A stretch of 63,382 bases of DNA, counting the filler, from Octopus bimaculoides (lineage: Eukaryota): assembly GCF_001194135.2 (NCBI RefSeq). It is 4 parts of 4 records of this genome, joined end to end, with 100 filler letters (N's around TTAATTAATTAA, not from the genome) between each part and the next. Parts side by side here need not be neighbours in the genome. Positions count along the whole stretch, not along the records: positions 20,937 to 29,983 come from NC_068987.1; positions 30,084 to 43,812 come from NC_068983.1; 2 more parts are not named here. One strand, 5' to 3'. Each line of letters begins with the position of its first letter. Position 1 is the first letter of the stretch. The translations under genes and the position numbers were made by a program. Below the pieces are notes generated by a model. It was not told where the DNA came from and searched no databases. It saw only the letters and a program-made list of their open reading frames with translations. Shown here one piece after another: positions 27,170 through 40,035 of this stretch.

Positions 27170-27473
27170 TGTGTGTCAGTGCTGGAGGACGTGTTTGAGC
27201 ACTTCTTTGTGTTTGTCTGCACAACGCATGACTACTGATGTTCGCTGGTATACGTTACCTCAACTTAGCTTATCAGCAAAAAAGAAAGCCGATGGAGTAA
27301 GTATTAGACTTAAGTTAAATAAAAAGGCTGGGGTTCATTTGTCAGCTAATTCGTTTAAGGAGCACAGCAGCAGTTCAGTGACTGAAACAAACTAAATAGT
27401 AAATGAATGACTGAAAGAATTTTTAGCTACGGAGAAATAGTTATGTTGGCATGTTTTATGTCTAATACGTACG

Positions 27474-27554
<81 letters not shown>

Positions 27555-28392
27555 ACACACACACATACACACACACACACACACACATACACACACACAC
27601 ATACACAAGTACATATATAAGTACATATAAATCGATATATAGATCCATATATTCATGTTGATATATACATGTATGTATGTACGTATGTATGTATGTATGT
27701 ATGTATGTACGAATAAATACTCTATATATTTGCATATGTACATGAGCTTTCCATGGCGGAAAAATGTTCGGAGAAGCTGGAAAATATTACAACCTGAGGA
27801 ATGATTAAAAAACTAAATATTACAATCATGACTGGTGTGGAGATCTAATACAACATTGGAATTTAACCAGTAAAGCTCTCTTAGGGAATTATGCTTACGA
27901 CTACCCTAAATGCGTAGAGTTCCCACGAGAGGTGATACTCCTTAAATTACAAATGTCATACGATTAAATGGCATAGGATCTAATTAAGCAATTGCCCATA
28001 TCTTCCATTCGTGACACTCAGTAACACAAACGAAATATTCGAATTGTGCCATACAATATGAAAACAACCAACACAAATCCTGATAGGACAACAACTTGGT
28101 GGATCATTATCCTTCATTATGCAAGATGATTACAACCTTGATCAACCATGTAGAAAACAATATACTTCTATAAATATTCAGATAAAAAATGGCTCTGAAA
28201 ATGACAGTGATTAGTTTATTAAAATGAAGATGGTTAATCTGTCCGTAGTAAATATGACGGATAAAGATTAGTAAATTGAATCACCGAGTAACACTGAGTA
28301 ACAACAAAATTATTACATGACAATGACCATGAATAATAAGAAAACTTGAAAGACAATATTTTTTATGTTAATGCGTTTTTTTTTTATTGCAG

Positions 28393-28429
28393 GAAATGCT
28401 TTACAGAAACTTGCTGTAAATTCTTTTGA
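28393..28429 (+). CDS. Candidate terminal exon (xKCFTETCCKFF*)
   Basis: Very strong acceptor (long T tract)attgcag|. Phase-2 reading gives AAA TGC TTT ACA GAA ACT TGC TGT AAA TTC TTT TGA; ATTAAA at 28510-28515. Confidence 0.45.
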
Positions 28430-29910
28430 AGCACATTACATCTAGCGCAGTCATTTAAGCCTCAATAGCCGCTAAAATGTCAGATTGTAAAAGAAAGCAT
28501 ATAAAACATATTAAATATTTAACTTTGACTTCATGATTCTGTACTAACATAGTAAATTCGATTTTCCTTTCATCGCACAACAGAGGAATTCCAAACAGAA
28601 TATTTTCAGAGAGCAATTCCTGCGTTCATATGCAGCGAAAGACATTTAGGAATGGATATATTTCTGCAAGAAAAATCTGTAATTCATGTTTTATTTGTGC
28701 TTTTAACATCTTGATATCCGTTACCCCAACGTTAATTTACCTAAAGCCATAAAATGTTCTATATTTGACATTCTTAATCATGCAGGTACATTCTGTATAA
28801 GGCAGAAGTAATTAACAAACTTCACCTAAAACACAAAGCAATGCGTTGGCTCCGTATTTACGAATCTCTGCTATGCTTTTATTTCCGTTCAAAGCTCAAT
28901 CTTTAATTCTAAAGGCAATATGTCTGGTATTATTTTGCACATAATAGTGCGTTCTGTAGTACTTATAGACTTGTTTCTTAACCATGTGTGTAGCATGTAA
29001 AATTGTATGTATGTACGTACGAAGGTACGTTCGTACGTATATATGTTTGTAATTATATATGTGTGTATAAGAAATTAGAATGACTCAGGAAGTAAGAAGA
29101 ATGTTATGAACTTCATTAGCTTACAACTGTTTCTAATATAAGATGAATCAACGCACTCGTAGTTGAATGCTTGAGTATTATCTTCAAGGATTCAAATATG
29201 ATTGCTTTGCATCCTATATCAGAAACAGCTGTAAAATAATAGTGTTCATAACATAACTGTTTATTCCTGCGCCATTCTAATTTCTTATTACCACTCTGTA
29301 CTCGATTGTCGCCTCTTTCATAAGGATATGTATACTGAGTTATACAATATCGATGTATACTGAGTTCATCAATATCGATGCCAAAATATATATCAGCATA
29401 TATTGACGAATTGGAAAGTATTAACTTGTTTGGACTGAGCAAGTGTAACGCATACTCTAGGGCACTACTTTTTCAGCATTATATTTTATGATCAAAGGGC
29501 AGATAACTATAATTCCCCATCTCGTTTTCCTTGTATCTGTCTTCTTTTTTTGTTTTCCGGTTCTCAACATTCCACGTTTTATGTCAACTTCCTTCTCGCC
29601 TTCTTCTCGCTTTTTCTCTTTTCCAATCGTCCTACTTTTAGCTTCTTACGCTATGTGTGCACCGCCTGAAGATTGCGCTGAGACAACACATGTTAAAAAA
29701 TATTGTCTGGCATACTTTCATAACATGAAACTGATAACAGTACATAAAAGATATATATTGTGTTTATTAAAAAATATTTATTTTTCATGAGATGGAATAC
29801 TTTTTTGTCGATCTTAGCATCAAAGAACAGTACACTATACGTTTCAGCACTAAGGCTGTTGCCATGCTAGGACAACTCCAGTAGTATACATACATACATA
29901 GATACATACT

Positions 29911-29956
<46 letters not shown>

Positions 29957-29983
29957 TTTAAAAAAACACAAAAAACAATAACA

Positions 29984-30083
29984 NNNNNNNNNNNNNNNNN
30001 NNNNNNNNNNNNNNNNNNNNNNNNNNNTTAATTAATTAANNNNNNNNNNNNNNNNNNNNNNNNNNNNNNNNNNNNNNNNNNNN
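29984..30083. other. Artificial scaffold-joining spacer
   Basis: 44 N + TTAATTAATTAA + 44 N. Confidence 0.95.
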
Positions 30084-30236
30084 CAGGAGCACTGGCAACG
30101 ATCTCGCTCGAAAATCGTACAACGGCCCTGCACAAGAGCCAGTCCAGGAGCACTGGCAACGATCTCGCTCGAAAATCGTACAACGGCCCTGCACAAGAGC
30201 CAGTCCAGGGGCACTGGCAACGGTCTCGCTCGAAAA
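30084..30236. repeat. 61-bp tandem repeat (at least 2.5 copies, cut by the spacer)
   Basis: Unit CAGGAGCACTGGCAACGATCTCGCTCGAAAATCGTACAACGGCCCTGCACAAGAGCCAGTC. Confidence 0.92.
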
Positions 30237-31063
30237 ATTTCTTGTGTCACCCGCACGTATGTGTGTATGTATTTATATGTATTTATAGATGTCGATATAT
30301 ATTTATGTGGATATGTGTGTATATATGTATGTGTGTGTGTATATAAATGTATTTGTATGTGTATATGCATGTATATGTATGTGTACAAGTATGTCTATGG
30401 AAGCCTCTGTATTCATATGTATGTATATCATTTATTGTTAATGGAGGTATATGTGTATATATGTGCATAAGTTTATCTGTGTGGATATCTGTATGTATAT
30501 ATGCATGTATATGTATGCATATATATGTGTATTTGTATGCATGTATGTGTACATATATGTGTGTATGTGTATATGTATGTGTCAATATATATGTATATCT
30601 ATGTTTTGTCATCTTAATCTATATTATAATATTGAATTTGAGAAATTAATTGTTTGTGGATTAATTCAGAATTTGACTCCTCTCAATGCCATTCTTGTAA
30701 TTACTGTTATATACATCATTATATTAGTATTAATATTAATTACATATCACAAATAAGATGTCTTCATTATACTAACTGAATATATGTATAAATACATTCA
30801 TTTAATATATCAATTAATTGATGATAGTTATAATAATGATAATAACAGATAAATAGTTTTATTTGACTTAATAGATAAATTTAAAAACCAAAATAATTAT
30901 TATAGTATTGTATAGTTTACAACTTGTATTCTAATTACAACAATATTATTTTGTTATTCTGAAAGAATTAATAGAATTTGCATATATACTATTTATAGTC
31001 ATTTAATTTTAAAATAATAATATTAATTATTTTATCGTGAGCAATCTGTTTATTTACTTAACA

Positions 31064-31340
31064 GGCTTGCGAGTGCATTTGGTAGTCGGAAACTGAAAGA
31101 AGCCCGTCATATATATATATATGTGATGTGTGTGTGCATGCTTGTGTTTGTCCCCCTAGCATTGCTTGACAACCAATGCTGGTGTGTTTATGTCCCCGTC
31201 ACTTAGCAGTTCGGCAAAAAGAGACCGATAGAATAAGTACTAGGCTTACAAAGAATAAGTCTCGGGGTCGATTTGCTCATCTAAAGGCGGTGTTCCAGCA
31301 TGGCCCCAGTCAAGTGACTGAAACAAGTAAAAGAGAGTAT
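31064..31340 (+). mobile_element. SINE family A, 5'-truncated
   Basis: atttggtagtcggaaactgaaagaagcccgtc...gactgaaacaagtaaaagag. Confidence 0.9.
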
Positions 31341-31570
31341 ATNNNNNNNNNNNNNNNNNNNNNNNNNNNNNNNNNNNNNNNNNNNNNNNNNNNNNNNNNN
31401 NNNNNNNNNNNNNNNNNNNNNNNNNNNNNNNNNNNNNNNNNNNNNNNNNNNNNNNNNNNNNNNNNNNNNNNNNNNNNNNNNNNNNNNNNNNNNNNNNNNN
31501 NNNNNNNNNNNNNNNNNNNNNNNNNNNNNNNNNNNNNNNNNNNNNNNNNNNNNNNNNNNNNNNNNNNNNN

Positions 31571-32213
31571 CCTTTATCTTTTACTCATTTCAGTCATTAA
31601 ACTGCGGCCATGCTGGGGCACTGCCTTGCAGAAATTTTAGTCGAATGAATTGATCCCGGTACCTTTTTTTCCTTCTAAGCCTGATACTTATTCTCTTTAT
31701 GTCTCTTTTGTTGGACTGCTAAGTTATAGAGATGTAATCACATCAACACTAGTTGTCAAATGGGAGGGGGGGGGGAGACAAATACAGACACAAAGATAGA
31801 CACATAGATATAAAGGTGCATGTGCAAAAGTAGGTATACAGCAAGTATCACATGAATGTTATATTTAATTCATTAAAATTATTAGCACATTAAATTAGCC
31901 TAATTAATCATAATAATACATTTATCATAACTATGATAATACTTTTATCATAACTTTCAATTTTTTTTGATAAAAAGAAATGAGTATAGTACGTTTTCTG
32001 TTTTTTCATAATTGTATACCTACTTTTGCACCACCATGTATAAACATATATAAGAAGGGCCTCTTTCAGTTTCCATCTACCAAATCGACTCACAAGGCTT
32101 TGGTTGGCCTGAGCCTATGGTAGAAGCCACTTGGCCAAGGAGCCACGCAGTGGGACTGAACCTGGAACAATGTAGTTAGGAAGCAAGCTTCTTACCATAC
32201 ATCCATGCCTGCG
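31571..32213 (-). mobile_element. SINE family A, full length with AT-rich internal expansion
   Basis: 3' end at 31571 (tttactcatttcagtcatt), head at about 32213 (ccatgcctgcgc). Confidence 0.85.
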
Positions 32214-32958
32214 CATATATGCGACTAGTCTGTGTTCTAGAATGCTCTTCTCAATGAGCACATTCAGTTTCTGGATGACTTTTTGGTCCAATGATTCTCA
32301 TTCTTCTTTTGCACTCGCAAGCAGCAAGTTGAACCTACAGCATCTTGTCTCAGGAGCCTGTACACATTTCTTATCTGAATCAACATCATGGATGTCCTTA
32401 GCACTATGATTTGATTCCTGGCCTTGGTCTTCCAACACCTTATATGTTGCCTACATACACTCACACACACCCATCACTCCAACATCTGGGACAATATTGT
32501 CTTGCCTAGGTTTAAGGTATATTGTTTTTAAGCACAATATCTCTTTAAAGGGATGAAGTACTGTGGCTTCACAGCATTTAATAATGCACATACATTAAAA
32601 ATGTCATACTGACAATGTTTATATTAGTTATAGATAGATTTGATAAGTGAGGGTTGACTGGGAGCTAAATGATAACAAAATGTACAAATGCATACACACA
32701 CACACACACACACACACAATGTCAGTAATAGTATGACAGCATGCACTGTAATGGCATGTTGCTGCATCCACCATTAATGCTTCCCTACTCCATACTCTGA
32801 GGAATTAAAAGTTGTCATGGTCAGTAGTAATATGACACTAACACATCCAAGGATCCAGACAACAGAGGCAAATAAAAACAACTGTAAACGACAATGACAA
32901 CAACAACAATTATTATGGTACCACAGTCAAGGAAGGAAGCTCTCAGAATTGTTAGCAG

Positions 32959-33251
32959 AAGGCAGTGAGCTGGCAGAATCGTTAGCACGCTGGGCGAAAT
33001 GCTTAGCGGTACTTCGTCTGCCGCTATGTTCTGAGTTCAAATTCCGCCGAGGTCGACTTTGCCTTTCAACCTTTCGGGGTCGATTAAATAAGTACCAGTT
33101 ATGCACTGTGGTCGATTAAATAAGTACCAGTTATGTACTGGGGCCGATTAAATAAGTACCAGTTATGCACTGGGGTCGATATAATCGACTTAATCTGTTT
33201 GTCCTTGTTTGTCCCTCTGTGTGTAGCCCCTTGTGGGCAGTAAAGAAATAA
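32959..33251 (+). mobile_element. SINE family B with an internal 32-bp triplication (33078-33173)
   Basis: ggcagtgagctggcagaatcgttagcacg...; unit GGTCGATTAAATAAGTACCAGTTATGCACTG(T/G) three times. Confidence 0.9.
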
Positions 33252-34239
33252 GAATTGTAAGCAAGCTAGATGAAATTCATAGTGGCAGTTTGTTTGTCTT
33301 TATGTTTGAGTTCAAATTCTGCCAAGATCAACTCTGCTTATCATCCTTTTGGTTTCGATGTAATCGACCAGCCTCCTCCTCCAAAGTTTCAAGCCCCGGG
33401 CATATAGTAGAAAGGATTATGTTGTCTCAGTCACCCACCCCCACCTTTATAATTGTGTATATTTTCAATCATCTCTTTCAAAATTTCAAATTTTTATTTT
33501 CTTTTCTTCCCACATTGATGATTTTGACAAAGTTTCTGTGATGCTATTCTCAAATCAGTCAATAAATCAATCAATTAATCTCTTTCTCTCTCTTGATCCA
33601 CCTACCCTCCTATCCCTCCCTTCCTTCCATACTTCCCTGTCCACCACCCTCCTTACCTGTTGATCTATTGACACAAAACCACATGCCAATATGCCAATCA
33701 GAATCTCCACACATTTGTGTAACACTTAATTCCTTTTTCCTTCTACCTTCACATCATCTTTGTAGCCAGTTATCTCCTTGGTTACATCTCTATCCACTTA
33801 CCTATATATATACTACCCACTCCATATTATCTCCTTAGTTAACTCATCTGTCTACCTACTTAACTCTGAAGCTATCTACCAAATCATCTACCCACTCATT
33901 CTGTGTGTGTGTGTGTGTGTGTGTGTGACCTAGTCATCTGTATAACTACTTATGAAAGGATTGATCAATTATTCCTTGTATGAAAATTTAACCTTCAAAG
34001 CCATCTATCTACCCAGTCATTAATTTCTCAACCAGGCAACCAGTCATCCACTCAAACACAACCAACCAACTAACCAGCCAGCCCAGCAAGCAAGCAAGCA
34101 ACCAACCTGCTAGCCAGCCAAGCAAGCAACCATCCATCTGGCCTAGCAAGCCAGCCAGCAAGCAAGCAACTAATGGCACAATCACTCAAACAGCCAGCCA
34201 GCCAGCCCACTAACCAACCAATCACCTACACACCCAGGT

Positions 34240-35640
34240 GGAGGAATTTCAACCATGTTTCGTGGTCTGCTACCACAACAGCTCCTTTATAGGATCCAGT
34301 TAGCTGAAGACATCATCAGGAGGAACCACGTCCGGTTTCGGCCCCTACTCCTCTACCGTTTTGACGTGGCGGGGCCCCTCCTTTCGGAGGTGTCCTCAGC
34401 TCTGGTGTTGGGTGCATGACTTCTTTCTTCTATTCCCTGGCCTCTNNNNNNNNNNNNNNNNNNNNNNNNNNNNNNNNNNNNNNNNNNNNNNNNNNNNNNN
34501 NNNNNNNNNNNNNNNNNNNNNNNNNNNNNNNNNNNNNNNNNNNNNNNNNNNNNNNNNNNNNNNNNNNNNNNNNNNNNNNNNNNNNNNNNNNNNNNNNNNN
34601 NNNNNNNNNNNNNNNNNNNNNNNNNNNNNNNNNNNNNNNNNNNNNNNNNNNNNNNNNNNNNNNNNNNNNNNNNNNNNNNNNNNNNNNNNNNNNNNNNNNN
34701 NNNNNNNNNNNNNNNNNNNNNNNNNNNNNNNNNNNNNNNNNNNNNNNNNNNNNNNNNNNNNNNNNNNNNNNNNNNNNNNNNNNNNNNNNNNNNNNNNNNN
34801 NNNNNNNNNNNNNNNNNNNNNNNNNNNNNNNNNNNNNNNNNNNNNNNNNNNNNNNNNNNNNNNNNNNNNNNNNNNNNNNNNNNNNNNNNNNNNNNNNNNN
34901 NNNNNNNNNNNNNNNNNNNNNNNNNNNNNNNNNNNNNNNNNNNNNNNNNNNNNNNNNNNNNNNNNNNNNNNNNNNNNNNNNNNNNNNNNNNNNNNNNNNN
35001 NNNNNNNNNNNNNNNNNNNNNNNNNNNNNNNNNNNNNNNNNNNNNNNNNNNNNNNNNNNNNNNNNNNNNNNNNNNNNNNNNNNNNNNNNNNNNNNNNNNN
35101 NNNNNNNNNNNNNNNNNNNNNNNNNNNNNNNNNNNNNNNNNNNNNNNNNNNNNNNNNNNNNNNNNNNNNNNNNNNNNNNNNNNNNNNNNNNNNNNNNNNN
35201 NNNNNNNNNNNNNNNNNNNNNNNNNNNNNNNNNNNNNNNNNNNNNNNNNTTGGAGGCTTGATCTTATGTCCTTTTCCCTCCTTCTGGAAGTATATTTTCC
35301 TGCGCTTTTCCACTTTGGGGTACTCTCCTCTGTTGTATCCCTCGATCTTCTCCTTGAGTGCTGCACTTATGACGCCAAGGACTTGATTATGGCGCCATGT
35401 ATACCTTTCCAGTGCTAATCTGCAGTTTGACAGAACGTGTCTCACCGTCGCTTTCTCCCCGGATCCACATTCATCGGTTGTTTTTATGTTCCATCGAACT
35501 AAGTTCGCCAGTGAGGGTAGAACGTCGAAGGTAGACTTGATCAGGAAGGCTGTTCTTGCTTGTTCCCAAGCCCAAAGTTCCTTCCATGAGATTCTGTGAC
35601 TGACCACGTTTTCCTCCCATCTCAGGCACTGCCCCTGTTG
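34240..35640 (-). mobile_element. 5'-truncated restriction-like-endonuclease non-LTR retrotransposon (HERO-like), middle in a gap
   Basis: LW.WEQARTAFLIKSTFDVLPSLANLVRW...ATVRHVLSNCRLALERYTWRHNQVL is the post-RT zinc-knuckle region of R2-group/HERO elements. Confidence 0.8.
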
Positions 35641-36875
35641 ACTGCATTGCACCAACCAACCAGCCAACCAAATCAAACACCTAACCACCCAACCATTTAT
35701 TTCTTGTTGCTCTGAAACAGGAAATGAAGTAATTTGCACAAGGACACAGCTCACTGCCTAGACCAGGAATTGAAACCACAATCTTGTGATTGCAAGTGTA
35801 ACACCCTAGCCATCTTCACACACACAAACACACACAGTGTGTGTATCAGAGTGTTTTTCTTTCATGTTTTGCAATAAAGCTTTGACTTATAAATTGGTGA
35901 TAGTTGTTGACATTTCCAATTAAAAAGCTTTCGTCTAGTTCTACATTTTTGTGAATAAAAGGGAAAAGAACAAACAACCTTTTCTTGGAAAACAGGTAAG
36001 AGTTAACAAAAGAAAGGGCATCCAGCTATAAAATAATACTTCAATAGTATGCATTCCGAAAACCCATGCTGGCATAGAAAAATGGACATAAAGCACACAA
36101 TCAACAAAACACACACACACACACACAAGCAGGCATATTTATCTCACTAGCAATGTAGCTAACCTACCCCATTATTCAAACATTCATCCTACTCACCACC
36201 TTCCCTCTTCTAATGTCAGTCAGTCAGTGAAACTGTCTTCTCTAAAACAAATAAGAAGCCTTCTTCCTCCAACATCACACAAATCAGAAAAATGATTTTA
36301 ACAGCCGCCATATTTCTGGTTTAACAATGACTTAAAAAACACCAAAAGTCCAACCCCAGCCAGCACACTTACCGCATACATTCATCTAGCACTTTGCAGT
36401 CAACCTTCCCGTACACGTATTTTCGTTTTTCACATACACACAGAATCACATCCGCAAAATGAATTATATGAAATGAATATATAAGTGTGTGTGTGTGCAC
36501 ACGCATACGTATGCATGTTTATATGTATACATACACACATATACATGCTTGTATACACACTTATGCACATGTATAATATATATATATATATGCATACATA
36601 TATAAAGACATTTATATAAATACACAAAAAACATTTGTGTATATGTACATACATATATATATATATGTATATGTACATATATATATATATANNNNNNNNN
36701 NNNNNNNNNNNNNNNNNNNNNNNNNNNNNNNNNNNNNNNNNNNNNNNNNNNNNNNNNNNNNNNNNNNNNNNNNNNNNNNNNNNNNNNNNNNTATATATAT
36801 ATATATGTATATATATATTTATGTATTTTTTGTATGTATGCGTATATATATGTGTGTGTGTATCTGTGTATGGAA

Positions 36876-36910
<35 letters not shown>

Positions 36911-39384
36911 TATGTATACATGTACACACACACAATGTATATAAATATATGTACGTGTGTATACATGTGTGTATGCGTTTGTTGCTCTACGTTTTTATGT
37001 ATATACAAACAAATAAAAAAAATGGAAGAAAATTTTTGCTGGAATAGATAGATATTAGAAATATTAATGTTTTTACAAGTTGTAAAGGATTAAATAAAAA
37101 GAAAGAAAACAATATCATTGAGGAAAAGAAGAAGAGCAAAAAATCCCCTCCCCCAAAAAAAAATCAATCCAAATTATGGAGGACCAGTTTCCCAATTAAT
37201 TGTAATCACTTCTGTATTTTTGTTAAATATTTTCACACAGTGAGATTGATTGTTGTTTTTGTTTTTCTTTTCTTGTTTATATTACATTTTCATTTTGTTG
37301 TTTACAATTGTTATTGCAGTTGATGGTTTTGCATTTCTATGAAATCAGTCAAGATATGGCAGGTAGCGTTCCATCATAAATAGTAGCTTAGCTTATTCTG
37401 AAGAGATGTGTTTGTTTTTTTTTTGTTGGTCTGTTTGTCTGTTTCCTTTCTCTCTCTTTTCTTCACTCGTTTCTCTCTCTCTCTTAACCGTGTGGCTCTG
37501 GATTCAGTCCCACTGTGCGTCACTTTGAGCAAATGCTTTTTTTTATTATAGCCCCAGGCCAACCAAAACCTTTTGGTAGGTTGCTAGTATCTCATTGTAG
37601 GTAATTAATTTAAGTGTATAAGATAAATATGCGTGTGTGTGTGTGTGTGTGTGTAAGGAGAGAGAACGAGAGGCAGAAGAGGACGAGAGAGAGAGAAGAG
37701 GACGCGAATGAGAGAGAGGAAGAGGACGAGAGAGAGAAAGAAGGGGAAGAAGAGGACATGAGAGGGAGAGAGAGAGAGAGAATTGACAGAATTGTCAAGA
37801 TGGATAAACTGCTTCACAGTATTTATTTCAGTGAACTGGGCTGTGAGTTCAAGTCCCACTAAGTCAAGTCCTTAGATCAGAATGTACAGCATTAGGGTTG
37901 AATCTTTTCCCTACCCCGTCCCCATTACTCACTCTAAGAAATTAACTGTGGTTAGACCAACCAAAATCAAAAATACGCAAGTCATGTCAAATATATTAAG
38001 AGAGTACCCCTATGAGGAGTTGAGGGCTGAAATGTATAAAAAGGAATCATCATGCAGTATTTACTTTATGTTTCACCCTTCCAGGGTCAATAAAGAGAGT
38101 GCCAGTTCAGGGTGACAGACTGGCAAAATTGTTATTGTGTTTGATGAGATGTCTTGTGATATCTGTTCTGGCTTTGTGCATTCTGTCTCTTGTCATCAGA
38201 AACGGTGACACTTCTTTCAAGAGCTGACAACTTGACTAAGAGGAGAGCAAGCCTTAAATAACAACTGCCTCCAGCAGGCTGGTAGCTCATGAGGTGTACT
38301 GCCACATGGTTGACACACAACAAATGCCAACTAACCAGAATAAATGGAAAAAGTTTTCAAGTGTGGATAGGCAGTTTGAAAAATTGGTGGAGAAGCAAAA
38401 CAAAACAAAGTAGAAGTTAACCAAAATGCTATGCAGGCAATGTGTGATACATAAAACTAAAATGAAAAATATCAGTTATGCATAAAATGAAATGCTATAT
38501 AAATGATCTTTGCACAGGGTACATAACAATAGTATGTTTTTTGCTATAAGAGAGAATAGTGCAAAATACATTAAAATTTCATACTGATGATAGATGTGGG
38601 AGAAAAGAATTCCTTTTGTTTCCATTATAATAACTGTTTGGTTAACATATTAGGTCAACTATTTCTTCTGATTAAATAAGAGAATTTGAAATGGGGTTTG
38701 CATCAAATGTCGCCTTACACCTATTTTACCGTTTCACATCTATTTTTCCATTCTAGCATGAGTGGGATGGGGGGGGGGGAGTTTTGCATGTAGCTGGAAC
38801 AAAAGACATTTTTATTTTTCACAGATGGCTGACTTTCTTAGACATACCAACCCAAACAACCATGAATGACTATTCTACTCTCTTTAGTTTAAATGTTCTT
38901 TTCATTCCTCTTACCTGGTCATTCAACCCCCACTCTTAACTTACATCTGTTCTCTCTTTCTCATTTCATTCTTCCTTTTGTTTCCATCTGCCCTTGCTTC
39001 AGCCTCCTGTTCTCATTTTTGCTGCTTCCAACAATGCTTCTAATGTTTCATAAGTAAACTAACATACCTCCTTAAATAATTCTGAGATACCATCCATATT
39101 CCTGATAAACAATAGGCTTGAGAGTCTCTGCTTATTGAATATATGAAGCGTGAAAAAATTTCAAGTAGTAAAAAATATGCAGTAAGAAAATAAAATAATA
39201 GTAGATAACTTGAGCAAGTCAAGGCAATATCTGAATGATGGAGACAAAAGTAACACAAAATATGTCCAGTTATCTCCCATACATGGTGGTAAAGGGAAAA
39301 ACTTAATATTAGCCATGAAGTAATATTTTATTCTAGTTCAGCTTTTTAATGTCCCATGCTGTAAATGTGCTGATATCACTATCA

Positions 39385-39630
39385 TCTTCAGTTTAATGTC
39401 CACTTTTCCATGCCTGCTTGGCTGGGTCAAATGGGATTTGTTGAAGCAGATTTTCTATGGACAGATGCTCTTCCTGTTGCCAATCCTCACCTGTTTCCAA
39501 GCAGTGTAATATTTCTCCATGGTTGGACATGTTTCCACAGAAGACTAGAAACGAAGGCTACTGCTTCGTGATGGTGATTTTCGTTTATAACTTGCATGAT
39601 GTCAAGACAATGAGATGCAAAACACACACA
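39385..39630 (+). mobile_element. Dispersed repeat; reverse-oriented relative at about 54780-54980
   Basis: tttctatggacagatgctcttcctgttgcc...gaagactagaaacgaa...gatgtcaagacaa aligns to the reverse complement of 54800-54950. Confidence 0.6.
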
Positions 39631-39830
39631 CATATGCATGTGTGTGTATGTGTCTGAAAGGTTTCCTTTCTATTCCATCTACGAAGGCCACTCATTAGGC
39701 TTTATTTAATCCTGAGCTATGCTAGAAAATATTTGCTTAAGGTGCCACAAAGTGAGACTGAACCAGAAACTCCACGGATAGGAAGCAATCTTCTTAACCA
39801 TAGGGCCAGCAATATTCTAAATGCATATGT

Positions 39831-40035
39831 AAGGCAGCAAACCGGCAGCAGTGTTAGCACACCAGGTGAAATGCTGAGCGGCATTTCATCCAACTTCACA
39901 TTCTGAGTTCAAATTCCACTGAAGACCACTTAGCCTGTCATCTTTTGGGGGTCAATAAAACAAATACCAATTGAGTACTGGGGTCAATGCAATCGACTAA
40001 CCCCCTCCCCCAAAATTGCTGACCTTGTACCTGTT
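39831..40035 (+). mobile_element. SINE family B
   Basis: aaggcagcaaaccggcagcagtgttagcac...ttctgagttcaaattcc. Confidence 0.8.

Noticed and set aside
29116-29442. 108-aa minus-strand ORF in AT-rich DNA
   Set aside because: TTG start, no recognisable domain or splice sites, and it contains a 25-bp tandem duplication (atgtatactgagtt...caatatcg) unlikely in a real coding exon.
30084-33180. Regular repeats as possible CRISPR arrays
   Set aside because: Eukaryotic context, head-to-tail units with no unique spacers, no cas genes.
34310-34350. GAAAC and CTGATGA words in the retrotransposon 3' UTR (minus strand)
   Set aside because: No valid hammerhead stems I and II, and no UH triplet in register.
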